Shown here piece by piece: positions 9,237 through 18,896 of a stretch of DNA of 64,000 bases. The stretch covers positions 1-64,000 of IMG/VR virus record IMGVR_UViG_3300020186_000001; one strand, 5' to 3'. Source of the stretch: a virus. The notes under the pieces were generated by a model, which worked only from the letters and a program-made list of their open reading frames with translations, made no database searches and was not told where the DNA came from. The position numbers were made by a program, and so were the translations under genes. Numbering within the stretch: position 1 is the stretch's first letter; each line of letters begins with the position of its first letter.

Positions 9237-12200
9237 TTTCTACGTAGAAATTCTTGGGTATTTTATTAAGTCAGATGTGGCCTCAGTTGCGGTCATGGAT
9301 GGCTCTAAAATACTTATGGGAAAGCGTCGAGACAGCGGTCGTTGGACTTTGCCTGGAGGTCACGCCGATCCGGGTGAAAAGAAGCACGATGCCGCAAAGC
9401 GTGAGTTGAAAGAAGAGGCTGGAATTGATGTTGATAAGGATGATCTAAATCATCTTGGTTCAAACAAAGTTACTACCTTCACAGGCAAGAAAAAGACCAT
9501 TCATGCGTTCCATGTAAAGCATAATGGCAGTAAACCGACTTCAGAGAATGATCCTGACAAGGAAGTTGAGAAGTGGGTTTGGGTTGAAACTAAGGCTGGG
9601 CTTCCAAAAAGAGTCAAAGAGAACCTGCATTCGCCGAAGAACCTGGTTCTTCAGAAGCTTGGTCTTCTCAAATCCAATCAGAGGGCAGAAGTCGTGGACT
9701 TTTATTTAAATGGTGAATTGTTTAAAGGTGGCTCTCATAAATACATCCGCAAATATATGCAAGACGGAGAGTGGGTTTACGTTTACAAGGAGCCGACAGG
9801 CAGGGCTAAGAAGATGACTCCCGAAGCGGTGTCTAGCCTTCATAAGTTGGCAGAACTTGGGAACGAGCACGCGAAAGGTCTTGTAGACAATATCGAAGAA
9901 GTCCATCCAGATCGTTTAGCGGTCTTGTACCGAGAAGCGTCGAATGGTGACAGAGAGTCCATTGATCATCTTAAAGAGCACTACGATATAGATCATCCTG
10001 GAAGGCCAGCTCCAAAGCTAGTCATCTCAACACCTCAAGTGAGTTCTCCAAGGACAGAGGCGGCAGAAGTAACTCAAGAGATGGCATCGTCTGAATACGC
10101 TAATGATAGATCTTCATCCATCGAGCAAAGAGGCGAGGACGTTCTGGGTTCTGCAAGGCACAGTGCTTTGGCTTGGACTACAATGAGAGACGCTCTAGCT
10201 TCGGGAGACGCAGAGCAGTTGTTCGCGAGAGACTTCTTGTTGTCCCAAGATCCTGTCGATTTCAAAAGCGAGATGAATTCGGACAACATGGATTTGAATC
10301 TTCTTTTAAACTTCGCTTTAAGGAAGTTCCCAGATCCAAAAATCCCCGCTTCATCCGAAGAAAACACTAATCGTCAAAGACAGTCATACTATGAGGCATT
10401 CCAGGCAGTAAAAGAGATCATCAAGTCTAACGCAAACAAAACAGTGCCTAGCACCGAACACAACGATCTGATGTTTCCTCACGAGAAGGGTTTGGCTTTA
10501 TATAAGAAGTCGGTTGAACAAGTTCATGCCTTATATGGTCGAACCAGGACTGGGCGAGGCTATGACGCGGGGACTGAGGCCATAAGAGAGTTCTACAATC
10601 TAATGGTTGGCCGTGGATCGAAGAGTCCAAAGGGTGCGTTGGGAGAGTTCCACACTAAGGGTGCTAGTGCGACAAAAGAAGAGCTAGTCGGAGCGGCTAA
10701 AAAAGTCATTGATGGAAAATCAATAAACGCTGCCTTCAATAAAGTGGAACGCAGAGACGCTGGATTCGATGTATCTGCTCAATACGATACTGCGGTGATG
10801 AAAAGAGAAGGCCCATCAAGTCGGTATACTGGTTCAAGGCAGGGTTTAGACATTCTCGATAAAAGTGCTGGCGGGGATATGAAAATGCGAGGCGTGCAGT
10901 GGGGGAAATCCGTCACTGATGCAGAGAGGTCGCATCACTTGAAGAGTGTGGTCGATTCGTTTGACGATCTCACTGATATCTTAGGTCTTCCAAAGGCGAT
11001 GGCTTCGTTCAACGGCAGACTTGCACTTGCTATTGGAGCAAGAGGCAAGGGCGGAGCACTTGCTCATTACGAGCCAGGAAAGCAGATTATTAACCTTACA
11101 AGGGCGAGCGGTGCCGGATCACTTGCTCATGAGTGGGGGCATTTCTTCGATCATACCATTTCAAATCTTTCGGAGGGCAGAACTGACAACTTTGATGCAA
11201 ACTTCGCCACTACCAGAGCTACCCGTGTTGTTGGGAACAATCCGGTAATGGCTGCGATGAAGAAGATGTATGAGAGTCCAGAGTTCAGAGCTATGAACGA
11301 CAGGATTAGGACAAGTGTGAGAAGGCTTAGGCTTGATACTAGCTACTGGAATAGCAATCTTGAGTTATTCGCTAGAACTTTTGAACGCCACATCCAGCAT
11401 AAGTTGGAGAAGGCTGGTCGAGAGAACACTTATTTGACTGCGGTGAGAAAACGCGGAGAGGATAAGGATAATCTTTGGCCAATGGATTCTGAGATAGAAA
11501 AACTTTCTCCCATGATGGATGAGATTTTTAAGCAGTTCAGAGAGAGCGATATGCTCACAAAGGCTTTGTATTATCTTTCAATGGATCTTTTCAAGGGTCT
11601 GAAGGGTCAATCAGTCGCAGGTCACAAGTATTTGCGAAAGTATATGTACGGCGGTCAGTGGGTTTATGTTTATCATGAGGGCGATCAGCATGGTCGTCAG
11701 ATACCAGAAGAAGCTTTTAATCACATCAAGAAGCTTGCTGAGTCTGGAAACGAACACGCGAAGGCGTTGCACGATTCGCTTCAGGCTCATGATGAAAAGA
11801 AGATGAAACTTCTCAGAGAGCTTGCGGATACCGGCAATAGTGATGCTCATGAGCATTTGAAGAAGCTTGGGATTAATCGCAAGCAGGAGAAACTAGAAGA
11901 GAAGCTTATTCCGAGAGTGGTGCGAACATCTGATGATCCAATTCATGAACTTGTCTCTGGTGACGCGAAGTCTCACATCATCAATCTGATTGGAAGTCAG
12001 CTTCATGAAAGCATATTTGAGCACTTACAGCGTCATTCTGGGAATGTGCTTCATGTAAGTCTTGTGAATGGTGGCATCACAAAAGACTCGATTAAGGCAG
12101 CTCTGTCCCATGAGAATAGCCTTTACGACATACTTGCAGAGCTTCATAAGCAGATGGATAAGATAGATACGGCTCACACTGGGATGAGATCGGTCAATGA

Positions 12201-13548
12201 GTCTGCAAACGATGCTGGCGGCTATGGAAACCTCGGATACAATCGCGTGGTAAAGCATCTTGAGGAGAAGGGTATACTTCCGCAAGGCTACTCTGAGATT
12301 CACACGAGAACAGCGTCAAGTGGTAGTAGTGTTTTTGAAGCTCCACCTGTGAGAGGGCTGGCTGAGAGACAGGAGAGGGCAAGGCGTGAGGAGGCTGAAG
12401 CATCGCGTCGAGAGGTTGGCGAGTATGCACCGAAGGTCGATGAGTTGGCAGAATATTATGGCAAAACTTTCACTTCAAAAGAGAAGAAGGATCTTGCAAA
12501 AGGCATAAAGAAGATATTTGGTCCAGCGTTCTCAATGAAGAAGTTTGACGGTTATTTGAATCCAGATCCAGCCAACAAGACGGTGATTCGCGTCAGTGAT
12601 GGATTTTTGACTGGGCTTATGAGTGGCGATAGTCGGTTTGGTTTTGGGTTTGCCATAAAGGACAGGGTGACTGGAGATCATATTACCGGATGTACTCGCG
12701 ATATTAGTGTTGACTCAGATCGCTCGATCACATGGCATAATGGTGTTTTCAGAAGGCCATCAAATGAACTTCTGACAAAATACAGTGGTATGTCTAAGGG
12801 ACTTTATGCTGGTGTTGAGACATTCTTAAAAGAAGTAACAGCGGATTTGCCAAAGTCTGCAAAAGACAAATGCAACATTTATATGAGTGCGGCAAATGGT
12901 GGATTTTCAGATGGGTACAAGGGTGCCGTCCTTTGGGCTAAACATTATTTTGATTTCAATGGATCTTCAAATCTTAATACATTCAAGAGCACCTATACTG
13001 CAAGACTGCCGGATGCTAAGGCCAAGTTGCCGGACCTAGCGGCAGAGATTGATGCAGCTATGGCCAAGATCGCAGATAAGAAGCATCCATTTGAATTTAT
13101 CAAATTAGGTATTCCTTTAACGCAGGCTCAGGCGGAGAAGGTCGTTGGTCATAAAATGGATTTCGATTATAAATCAATGTTTGCCAAGCCTGGAGCGACT
13201 ATTGATCTTGGTGAGATATTACTTGTCAAATCAGGGATGTGGTTTGACGGTATTAGTTATTTCAACAAGACCGCTGGAACACATCAGATGTTGAACGAGA
13301 AGAGAGCTGCTTATTATCAGAAGCGACCAGGTGTAGCGTCTCCTGCGGGGTTTAAAAGCTCTCGTGTTGACGCGACTGTTCGAGATAAGTGGAAGCCGAA
13401 GGGTAGAAGCATTGTGATGACTGATGCTCGCCTGCGTGAGATAGGGTCATGGTCAAAAGACGAGGTGGCAGAGTTTCATGCCAAAGCTCCTTTAACGACA
13501 GATGCGAAGAGACGTGTGAAGGAAATTTTAGACAGGATTGGTGGATAA
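9223..13548 (+). CDS. large polyvalent protein: Nudix hydrolase + LPD1-like HExxH domain + GNAT-like domain
   Basis: Nudix box GGHADPGEKKHDAAKRELKEEAGI; AHYEP..IINLT..SGAGSLAHEWGHFFD...ELFARTFE; AANGG..GYKGAVLWAKHYFDF; two approximately 95-aa internal repeats. Confidence 0.75.
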   Translation: MMKSSFYVEILGYFIKSDVASVAVMDGSKILMGKRRDSGRWTLPGGHADPGEKKHDAAKRELKEEAGIDVDKDDLNHLGSNKVTTFTGKKKTIHAFHVKHNGSKPTSENDPDKEVEKWVWVETKAGLPKRVKENLHSPKNLVLQKLGLLKSNQRAEVVDFYLNGELFKGGSHKYIRKYMQDGEWVYVYKEPTGRAKKMTPEAVSSLHKLAELGNEHAKGLVDNIEEVHPDRLAVLYREASNGDRESIDHLKEHYDIDHPGRPAPKLVISTPQVSSPRTEAAEVTQEMASSEYANDRSSSIEQRGEDVLGSARHSALAWTTMRDALASGDAEQLFARDFLLSQDPVDFKSEMNSDNMDLNLLLNFALRKFPDPKIPASSEENTNRQRQSYYEAFQAVKEIIKSNANKTVPSTEHNDLMFPHEKGLALYKKSVEQVHALYGRTRTGRGYDAGTEAIREFYNLMVGRGSKSPKGALGEFHTKGASATKEELVGAAKKVIDGKSINAAFNKVERRDAGFDVSAQYDTAVMKREGPSSRYTGSRQGLDILDKSAGGDMKMRGVQWGKSVTDAERSHHLKSVVDSFDDLTDILGLPKAMASFNGRLALAIGARGKGGALAHYEPGKQIINLTRASGAGSLAHEWGHFFDHTISNLSEGRTDNFDANFATTRATRVVGNNPVMAAMKKMYESPEFRAMNDRIRTSVRRLRLDTSYWNSNLELFARTFERHIQHKLEKAGRENTYLTAVRKRGEDKDNLWPMDSEIEKLSPMMDEIFKQFRESDMLTKALYYLSMDLFKGLKGQSVAGHKYLRKYMYGGQWVYVYHEGDQHGRQIPEEAFNHIKKLAESGNEHAKALHDSLQAHDEKKMKLLRELADTGNSDAHEHLKKLGINRKQEKLEEKLIPRVVRTSDDPIHELVSGDAKSHIINLIGSQLHESIFEHLQRHSGNVLHVSLVNGGITKDSIKAALSHENSLYDILAELHKQMDKIDTAHTGMRSVNESANDAGGYGNLGYNRVVKHLEEKGILPQGYSEIHTRTASSGSSVFEAPPVRGLAERQERARREEAEASRREVGEYAPKVDELAEYYGKTFTSKEKKDLAKGIKKIFGPAFSMKKFDGYLNPDPANKTVIRVSDGFLTGLMSGDSRFGFGFAIKDRVTGDHITGCTRDISVDSDRSITWHNGVFRRPSNELLTKYSGMSKGLYAGVETFLKEVTADLPKSAKDKCNIYMSAANGGFSDGYKGAVLWAKHYFDFNGSSNLNTFKSTYTARLPDAKAKLPDLAAEIDAAMAKIADKKHPFEFIKLGIPLTQAQAEKVVGHKMDFDYKSMFAKPGATIDLGEILLVKSGMWFDGISYFNKTAGTHQMLNEKRAAYYQKRPGVASPAGFKSSRVDATVRDKWKPKGRSIVMTDARLREIGSWSKDEVAEFHAKAPLTTDAKRRVKEILDRIGG
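9236..9252. promoter_or_regulatory. palindrome TTTCTACGTAGAAA, copy 1
   Basis: Perfect 14-bp palindrome at 9237-9250; the 17-mer is the exact reverse complement of 28902-28918. Confidence 0.45.
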
Positions 13549-13755
13549 ATGCTTGATGATGTCGGGAACCCGCTTGAAGACAACTTTTTAGATCTCGTAG
13601 AGTACGCTCCAATTCCTAGTGCCTTTCATCGAGGAGCGAAGCTGATGCTTGGGGATAATTACAAAGAGCTTGGTGCTCAAATTGTCAAAGAGCATCAGCC
13701 GAAGTTAATGAAGAAGTTTGAAAGTTATTTTGATGCTAACGAAGAAACAACTTAA
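13549..13755 (+). CDS. hypothetical protein
   Basis: Starts immediately after the stop of the polyvalent protein. Confidence 0.55.
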   Translation: MLDDVGNPLEDNFLDLVEYAPIPSAFHRGAKLMLGDNYKELGAQIVKEHQPKLMKKFESYFDANEETT

Positions 13756-14755
13756 AAAGATTGAAGAGCTGATCCGACGCAAGTTTCTTGTCTTCACTTA
13801 TGAGTCTCTCGGTGAGAGGGCTTTGACCAGAGATGAGTTGAATATGCTGAAGGATGCCGGACTTCTAAGATCCACTGTGAGAAGCTTCACAGGGGACGCA
13901 TTTGCATTGGGCAAGGTCGTTGCTGCGATAGACCGCACAAAGGCTATCAAGCTTGGGTTTGATGATCTGGCAAAGCTTGCAGCAAAATCTCCCATAACAA
14001 CTGTTGAAAAATACACCATCGATTGGGCTTCAGAGCACACCGGCCAATACATCAAAGGCATATCTGATGACATGGTTAAAGAGGTCAAGACTACGGTGAC
14101 AAGGGCTGCGTCCAGTGCGATACGGGCTGTTCAAGACGAGGTGGTTTCAGCAATCAGAAATCGCAAGACTGTGAGTGAGCTAAAGACTGCGTTATTTCAC
14201 AGAATTGACGATAAATATAGGGACTGGCAGAGGGTGGCTCAGACCGAGATGAACAATGCGATTCAAAACGGCATCTATTCGTCTATTCGAGACAAGCATG
14301 GACCTGATCAGTTGGTTTATAAACGTCCCAACGCGAGTGCCTGCAAGCATTGCAAGAGAGTCTATCTTGAGGATGACGGGTTTACTCCTATCATTTTTAA
14401 GATGACCGATCTCAAGGATTCAAACTACGGTTTAAAGGCTGCAAATTGGGAGCCGACTATTGGATCTGTTCATCCGTATTGTCAGTGCCAGCTAAGCGTA
14501 GTGCCTGATGGATATGGGTTCGGGAAGAGGCGTGTCGTCACAGTTCCGTTTACCATGGGTGATAAGAAGTTCAAAATGGGGATGCAAGTCCCAGATGGGG
14601 AGTTTGATGAGCTTAGTGATGAACACAAGGGCAATGTGGGTTATGATGCGATACTGGAATATAATGGCAAGACCACTAGGCCGACTGTCAAGAAGAGTCT
14701 GAATAATCTAATAATTTCCGATATGGCAGATTACAACTGCATTTGCTGTTACTAA
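13733..14755 (+). CDS. MuF-like minor head protein
   Basis: RVAQTEMNNA, ACKHC and HPYCQC motifs of the MuF/gp7 family. Confidence 0.8.
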   Translation: MLTKKQLKKIEELIRRKFLVFTYESLGERALTRDELNMLKDAGLLRSTVRSFTGDAFALGKVVAAIDRTKAIKLGFDDLAKLAAKSPITTVEKYTIDWASEHTGQYIKGISDDMVKEVKTTVTRAASSAIRAVQDEVVSAIRNRKTVSELKTALFHRIDDKYRDWQRVAQTEMNNAIQNGIYSSIRDKHGPDQLVYKRPNASACKHCKRVYLEDDGFTPIIFKMTDLKDSNYGLKAANWEPTIGSVHPYCQCQLSVVPDGYGFGKRRVVTVPFTMGDKKFKMGMQVPDGEFDELSDEHKGNVGYDAILEYNGKTTRPTVKKSLNNLIISDMADYNCICCY

Positions 14756-14767
14756 GGGGAATGACGT

Positions 14768-16936
14768 ATGCGTTTTACTATTGATCTTGAGAAATCTTTT
14801 CGTTCACACAAGTACGTAAAACGCACAGGGTCTCCTGGAAATTACAAATACTGGTACAAAATGCCAGATGGTTCAATCCAAGCTCCAGATGACGCACAGT
14901 CTCATGGCAAGATTGATCACGCCAAGCGTCTCCTTCTTGGAGCACATGCTGGCACGCATTCTATGAGCACTCAAGATATTGCACGCCATACCGGCTTAGA
15001 TCATGAGAAGGTGACTTCTGCTAAAAGAAATTTAGCTCGTGCTGGAACGACATGGCAGGGAAGAACTTTCGCTCATCACGAATACGAGAATGAACATCTG
15101 CATGAGGCTCTTCGCTTCGGTGAGGCTGAGCCGAGTGGGAGCATTTGGAGTGGCACGAATCCTGTAGAAGCATCGCCAGCAGACACAGAGGCTAGAGACA
15201 GGGCATCTCGACCTCGTGGCAGAAGGTCGTCTCCAACGACAACTTCTGGAGTTCCAGGCGACACTCCAAGAAGAAGAGCGACTCCTCCAGTCGCTGAAGC
15301 TGACGCTCGTGCAAGAACTGCTGTTGCAACTGCGGAGCGTACCGAGGCAAGGGCGGCAAGGCGAGACGCTGAAGCCAGGACGGCAGAGGCAGCCAGGACT
15401 AGAGAGATGGGTTTATTGACCGCAGAAGTGCAGAGTGCATCTTATGGAAGAAGCATTCCGATGACGAAGCTTTCTCAGATGAAAGATTTCGCTCGTGAAC
15501 TTGTTGAGAATGGGAGAACGGCAGTGGAAGCTGCTCGTCAAGCTGTTGATAGATTCGCAATAGCGGTTGCTATTCCAGACTTGACTCCTGCAACACCGTC
15601 CGAGCAGGCTCAAGAACAGCGAGCAATCGCTGCTACTACTGCTACGGAAGCTTCTAATCGTGAGGCTGAACTGATTGCAGCTTTGAGAGAACACGGCATT
15701 AGTATTCCACACAGCTCTGAAGCAGCAGCAGGTAGGACTGAATCAAAGAGAAGGGCGGCAGAGGCGGCTCGTTTGGCTGAGCGTGCAAGAGAGTCTTCGC
15801 CATCAGCACCGCACGCAGCGGCAGTCCATGAGGCATCACCGGATTTGGCAGCAGCGGATCAGCCTATCCAACGAATGGAGGCAGCACAGGCTGCTGGTGA
15901 CAACCCGTACATTTCTCGTGCAAAAGAGATCTATCACAATATCGTTGGTGATCTAAAGCCTGAGCGTAAAGAGGCTATTAAGCACGTTCTTCAGGCGATT
16001 GCAGACTTACAAGCTGGCGGTGCTCCGCTGAATGAAGCCAATATTGTTGATCGTTATAAAAGTCTTTCTGGCAAGCGTATCAGGGGTATTTCTGGCATTG
16101 CAGAAGAGTTTGAAAAAGGCACGTTCATGTCTCTTCAAGAGATTATGGAGAACAAGCCTGTTGATCCAGAAGTCGAACGTATGAAGCGTGGTTATGCGGC
16201 AAAGCAATTTGCTCGTGTGAAGCCATTTCTAAAATCAGCATGGTCAGATGCCAACCCCTCGGCCCCACCTCCGATGCCGACATTCGGTGACATGAAGTCG
16301 TGGACAGAACATGGATCAAGGCCGGATTGGGCTGGAACGACACGTCTTGCTGTGCCAAAAGAAGTTCATGATGCCGTTCACAAGGGTGCTGATGGTAAGC
16401 CAAAGTATCCGCCAGCGTGGATGCCGATTCACATGATGCCAACATGGAACTATGTGATGAAGAAGGCTGGCGATGATACCCCATACGAGGCTCGCAACGT
16501 CAACATCCAACAAGGTCGATTGAATCTTGGAAATCAAGCATCTTATCAAGAGGGCATGGTTATCGCATCGTTAAGAAAATACATTCAGATGCGTGGCGGA
16601 GCGGATCAATTGACTGACATCCCATCTCACAAGCTTTCTGAAGTTGGGTTGACTCATTCAGATATATTTAAGGCGGTAAAATTTGCCGATCACGATCTCT
16701 CTGATGCAGCAATCAAGAAAATCATGAAACACAAGATCCTTGATCCGATTGCCTTAGCACCGTTTATCGACAAAGAAGTCGGCGGCAAAAAAGACACCAA
16801 GAAGTCATTCTCGTTGGTTGTCGATACCAAGCTATCAGAGGTATCCTTTCGAAAGTCCTTTGTAGTCCGAGGCGAAGACGCTGTTAAGAAGGCTGAGTTG
16901 ATTTCGAAGATTAGGGCAATTAGAGCTAGGGGATGA
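14768..16936 (+). CDS. putative internal head protein with N-terminal HKY module and HTH
   Basis: LEKS followed by HKYVKRTGSPGNYKYWY; STQDIARHTGLDHEKV is HTH-like; Ala/Arg-rich linker. Confidence 0.6.
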   Translation: MRFTIDLEKSFRSHKYVKRTGSPGNYKYWYKMPDGSIQAPDDAQSHGKIDHAKRLLLGAHAGTHSMSTQDIARHTGLDHEKVTSAKRNLARAGTTWQGRTFAHHEYENEHLHEALRFGEAEPSGSIWSGTNPVEASPADTEARDRASRPRGRRSSPTTTSGVPGDTPRRRATPPVAEADARARTAVATAERTEARAARRDAEARTAEAARTREMGLLTAEVQSASYGRSIPMTKLSQMKDFARELVENGRTAVEAARQAVDRFAIAVAIPDLTPATPSEQAQEQRAIAATTATEASNREAELIAALREHGISIPHSSEAAAGRTESKRRAAEAARLAERARESSPSAPHAAAVHEASPDLAAADQPIQRMEAAQAAGDNPYISRAKEIYHNIVGDLKPERKEAIKHVLQAIADLQAGGAPLNEANIVDRYKSLSGKRIRGISGIAEEFEKGTFMSLQEIMENKPVDPEVERMKRGYAAKQFARVKPFLKSAWSDANPSAPPPMPTFGDMKSWTEHGSRPDWAGTTRLAVPKEVHDAVHKGADGKPKYPPAWMPIHMMPTWNYVMKKAGDDTPYEARNVNIQQGRLNLGNQASYQEGMVIASLRKYIQMRGGADQLTDIPSHKLSEVGLTHSDIFKAVKFADHDLSDAAIKKIMKHKILDPIALAPFIDKEVGGKKDTKKSFSLVVDTKLSEVSFRKSFVVRGEDAVKKAELISKIRAIRARG

Positions 16937-16937
16937 A

Positions 16938-17159
16938 ATGGAAATAGACTTGGACTGTCCACATTGCAGGGGCAACATCGTCAAGTCCTATGGTGACACG
17001 GTGAAGATGCGTTCAAAGCTTCTCAAGTGGGAGCGAGGTGGTATGTTCGCGATCTGTAAAGCTTGCGGCACAGACGTTCCAATTGATTTAGAGCTTATGA
17101 AATCTATCCAGGCTAAATTTATTTATGAAGTCAACTCTAAAAAAACTTGCTTTGAATAA
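16938..17159 (+). CDS. zinc-ribbon protein
   Basis: CPHC...CKAC. Confidence 0.7.
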   Translation: MEIDLDCPHCRGNIVKSYGDTVKMRSKLLKWERGGMFAICKACGTDVPIDLELMKSIQAKFIYEVNSKKTCFE

Positions 17160-17175
17160 AATACAGTGTAAGAAT
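17147..17175 (+). promoter_or_regulatory. putative sigma70-type promoter for the protease-scaffold-capsid operon
   Basis: TTGCTT-N17-AAGAAT with TG extension, at an AT-rich gene boundary. Confidence 0.4.
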
Positions 17176-17255
17176 TAAATATACCCACATACTACAGGCT
17201 CAAGTTTGGCGGAGCGTCGGGGTGTTGAATAAACATCTTTCTTATGACTTGAGCT

Positions 17256-18896
17256 ATGAGCAATTTTTACGTTGGCGAAAAAGATTTTAGAGTATGGCTT
17301 CCAGAAGTTGACTTCTGTGAGAAGGCCGATGACTCTGAATCATTTGATTCGCGAAAGCTGACTGGCATCATGTCCACTCAGCGTAAAGATCGTCAAGGCG
17401 AAGTCGTTGACGCGAAGGGTCTTGAGTTTGACGAATTCCTTCAAGCCGGTCACTTCAACGATAATCACTCCCAAGAAACATCTGCAATTGTGGGCTATCC
17501 GCAATCTGTTCGTTATCATACAAGTCTGGCTCAATTCACTGATAACAAGATTCAGGCTCCTGGCTGGACTTGTGAGGGATATGTTCTAAAAGGGACTAAG
17601 CGTGCAGATGGTATCTGGGAATTAGCGAAGGCTCTCAGAGAAGTTCCAAATCGCAAACTTGGATTCTCAATCGAGGGCAAAGTCCTTCGAAGAGCAGACA
17701 AGACTATCGAAAAAGCCAAGATCAGGAACGTAGCTATAACAAATTGCTTCCCTGGGGACACGGCTGTTTCAGGTGCCGCTGAAAAGGCAATGAGACGCTG
17801 GTATTCAGGAGATATGATTGAGATTAATTTGGCGACTGGAGAGAAACTCACCGGAACACCTAATCACCCTATATTCACGCAGCGTGGCTGGATAGCTTTG
17901 GGTGAGATTGATGAAGTCAATGATTGCGTTGGACGCTTCGATGTTGATCTCGCGAAAGCGGCTTCTTTTTCTAAGATCGCCCATGACATAGATGACGTTC
18001 CAACCACTATTGAGCAGATATTCAATGCGTCTCTTATTCCTGGAGACTCTCTCTGGATCAATAAGGCTAGAGAAAGAAATTTCCACGGCGACGGAGCCGG
18101 AAGCGATGTCGATGTTGTATTGTCCAACGGACTTCTGAGGGACCGCCTCAAAGCCTCTTTCTCGAATAAATTCGGCAACAATGTTCTCACCGTTGCCGAT
18201 AAAAAGTTGTCGAGATTCTTTAGTCTTCGACTTCTTAACAAGCTCGTCCATGCTGGACTTTGTTCCGCGTCTGGCTTCATTCGCAGCTTTAGCAAACAGC
18301 AATCTCTCGCTGGGGCTTCTTCTGGCATTTCTGGTTCTGTTGGTCTCTTGAATAGATCTAGCGATGCCGTGTCTTTTGGCGACATTGTGAACAGTTTCAC
18401 GAGTGACTCCGTATCGGGAGGCGATAAGGGAAGATGCCTCTCCGCGTCTATAGGCTTCAGCAATGTCACTCTCAAGCGAAGGTTCAATTTTTCTGGCCAT
18501 GTTTTTAATCTCGATACAAAAAATGGATGGTATCAGGCCAATGGCATAGTCGTCCACAACTGCCCAGTAAACACTGATTGCACTTGGGATCTAATCGCCA
18601 AATCATTTAATGAAGCAGACTCGGCTGTAAAGGCTATGACTGCTGGATTCGCAACATCTCCAGCCGCTCAGACGGGCGGTGGTGCAGTGAGATCTGAGTC
18701 TCTTGATTCAGATATCAAAGATGTGCATGGCGACAAGAAAAAGAAGAAAAGACAAGAGTCTCTGATGAGAGCTATCGCATTCGACGATATGGAAAAAGCA
18801 ATGGAATTGGTTTTAGAGCGTCGTCCTGATTTCGATGAGGATGCAGCGGCTATTTTTATTAAACATCTTTTCATGAAAGGAGGACAGCTATGCTAG
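17256..18896 (+). CDS. prohead protease (intein-containing)
   Basis: STQRKDRQGEVV, FNDNH, LGFSIEG (catalytic Ser) and VAITN/CPVN; lies upstream of scaffold and major capsid protein. Confidence 0.9.
   Translation: MSNFYVGEKDFRVWLPEVDFCEKADDSESFDSRKLTGIMSTQRKDRQGEVVDAKGLEFDEFLQAGHFNDNHSQETSAIVGYPQSVRYHTSLAQFTDNKIQAPGWTCEGYVLKGTKRADGIWELAKALREVPNRKLGFSIEGKVLRRADKTIEKAKIRNVAITNCFPGDTAVSGAAEKAMRRWYSGDMIEINLATGEKLTGTPNHPIFTQRGWIALGEIDEVNDCVGRFDVDLAKAASFSKIAHDIDDVPTTIEQIFNASLIPGDSLWINKARERNFHGDGAGSDVDVVLSNGLLRDRLKASFSNKFGNNVLTVADKKLSRFFSLRLLNKLVHAGLCSASGFIRSFSKQQSLAGASSGISGSVGLLNRSSDAVSFGDIVNSFTSDSVSGGDKGRCLSASIGFSNVTLKRRFNFSGHVFNLDTKNGWYQANGIVVHNCPVNTDCTWDLIAKSFNEADSAVKAMTAGFATSPAAQTGGGAVRSESLDSDIKDVHGDKKKKKRQESLMRAIAFDDMEKAMELVLERRPDFDEDAAAIFIKHLFMKGGQLC
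17745..18560 (+). mobile_element. intein (272 aa) in the prohead protease, without an in-frame homing endonuclease
   Basis: Starts CFPGDT; block B TPNHPIFT..GW; block F SGHVFNL; ends IVVHN followed by Cys; removing it restores AITN-CPVN. Confidence 0.92.
17805..18500 (-). CDS. antisense-encoded HTH + DUF559/Vsr-like (PD-(D/E)xK) endonuclease nested in the intein
   Basis: 231 aa from MARKIEP; HTH SSLIASRYGVTRETVHNVAKRHG; nuclease GENIVAEFIRERG..PQKSVGQYNIDIA..VAVEI...RIEYLLNSGWNVIYV. Confidence 0.82.
   Translation of the reverse strand: MARKIEPSLESDIAEAYRRGEASSLIASRYGVTRETVHNVAKRHGIARSIQETNRTRNARRSPSERLLFAKAANEARRGTKSSMDELVKKSKTKESRQLFIGNGENIVAEFIRERGFEAVPQKSVGQYNIDIASGSVAVEISFSSLIDPERVSRNKRRIEYLLNSGWNVIYVMGDLRKRSRFREINIEASNAIIDFINLTQSYPATLREYRVIRCSGEFLSSRQINLNHIS

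Noticed and set aside
5854-13377. GTGTTGACGCGACT present at 5854 and 13364 near gene ends
   Set aside because: Both copies are coding (VDAT), no -10 element lies at the correct spacing, and there are only two non-palindromic copies.
17864-18487. A second long antisense ORF (207 aa) inside the protease intein
   Set aside because: It has no recognisable motif and is likely a shadow of the dual-coding constraint.
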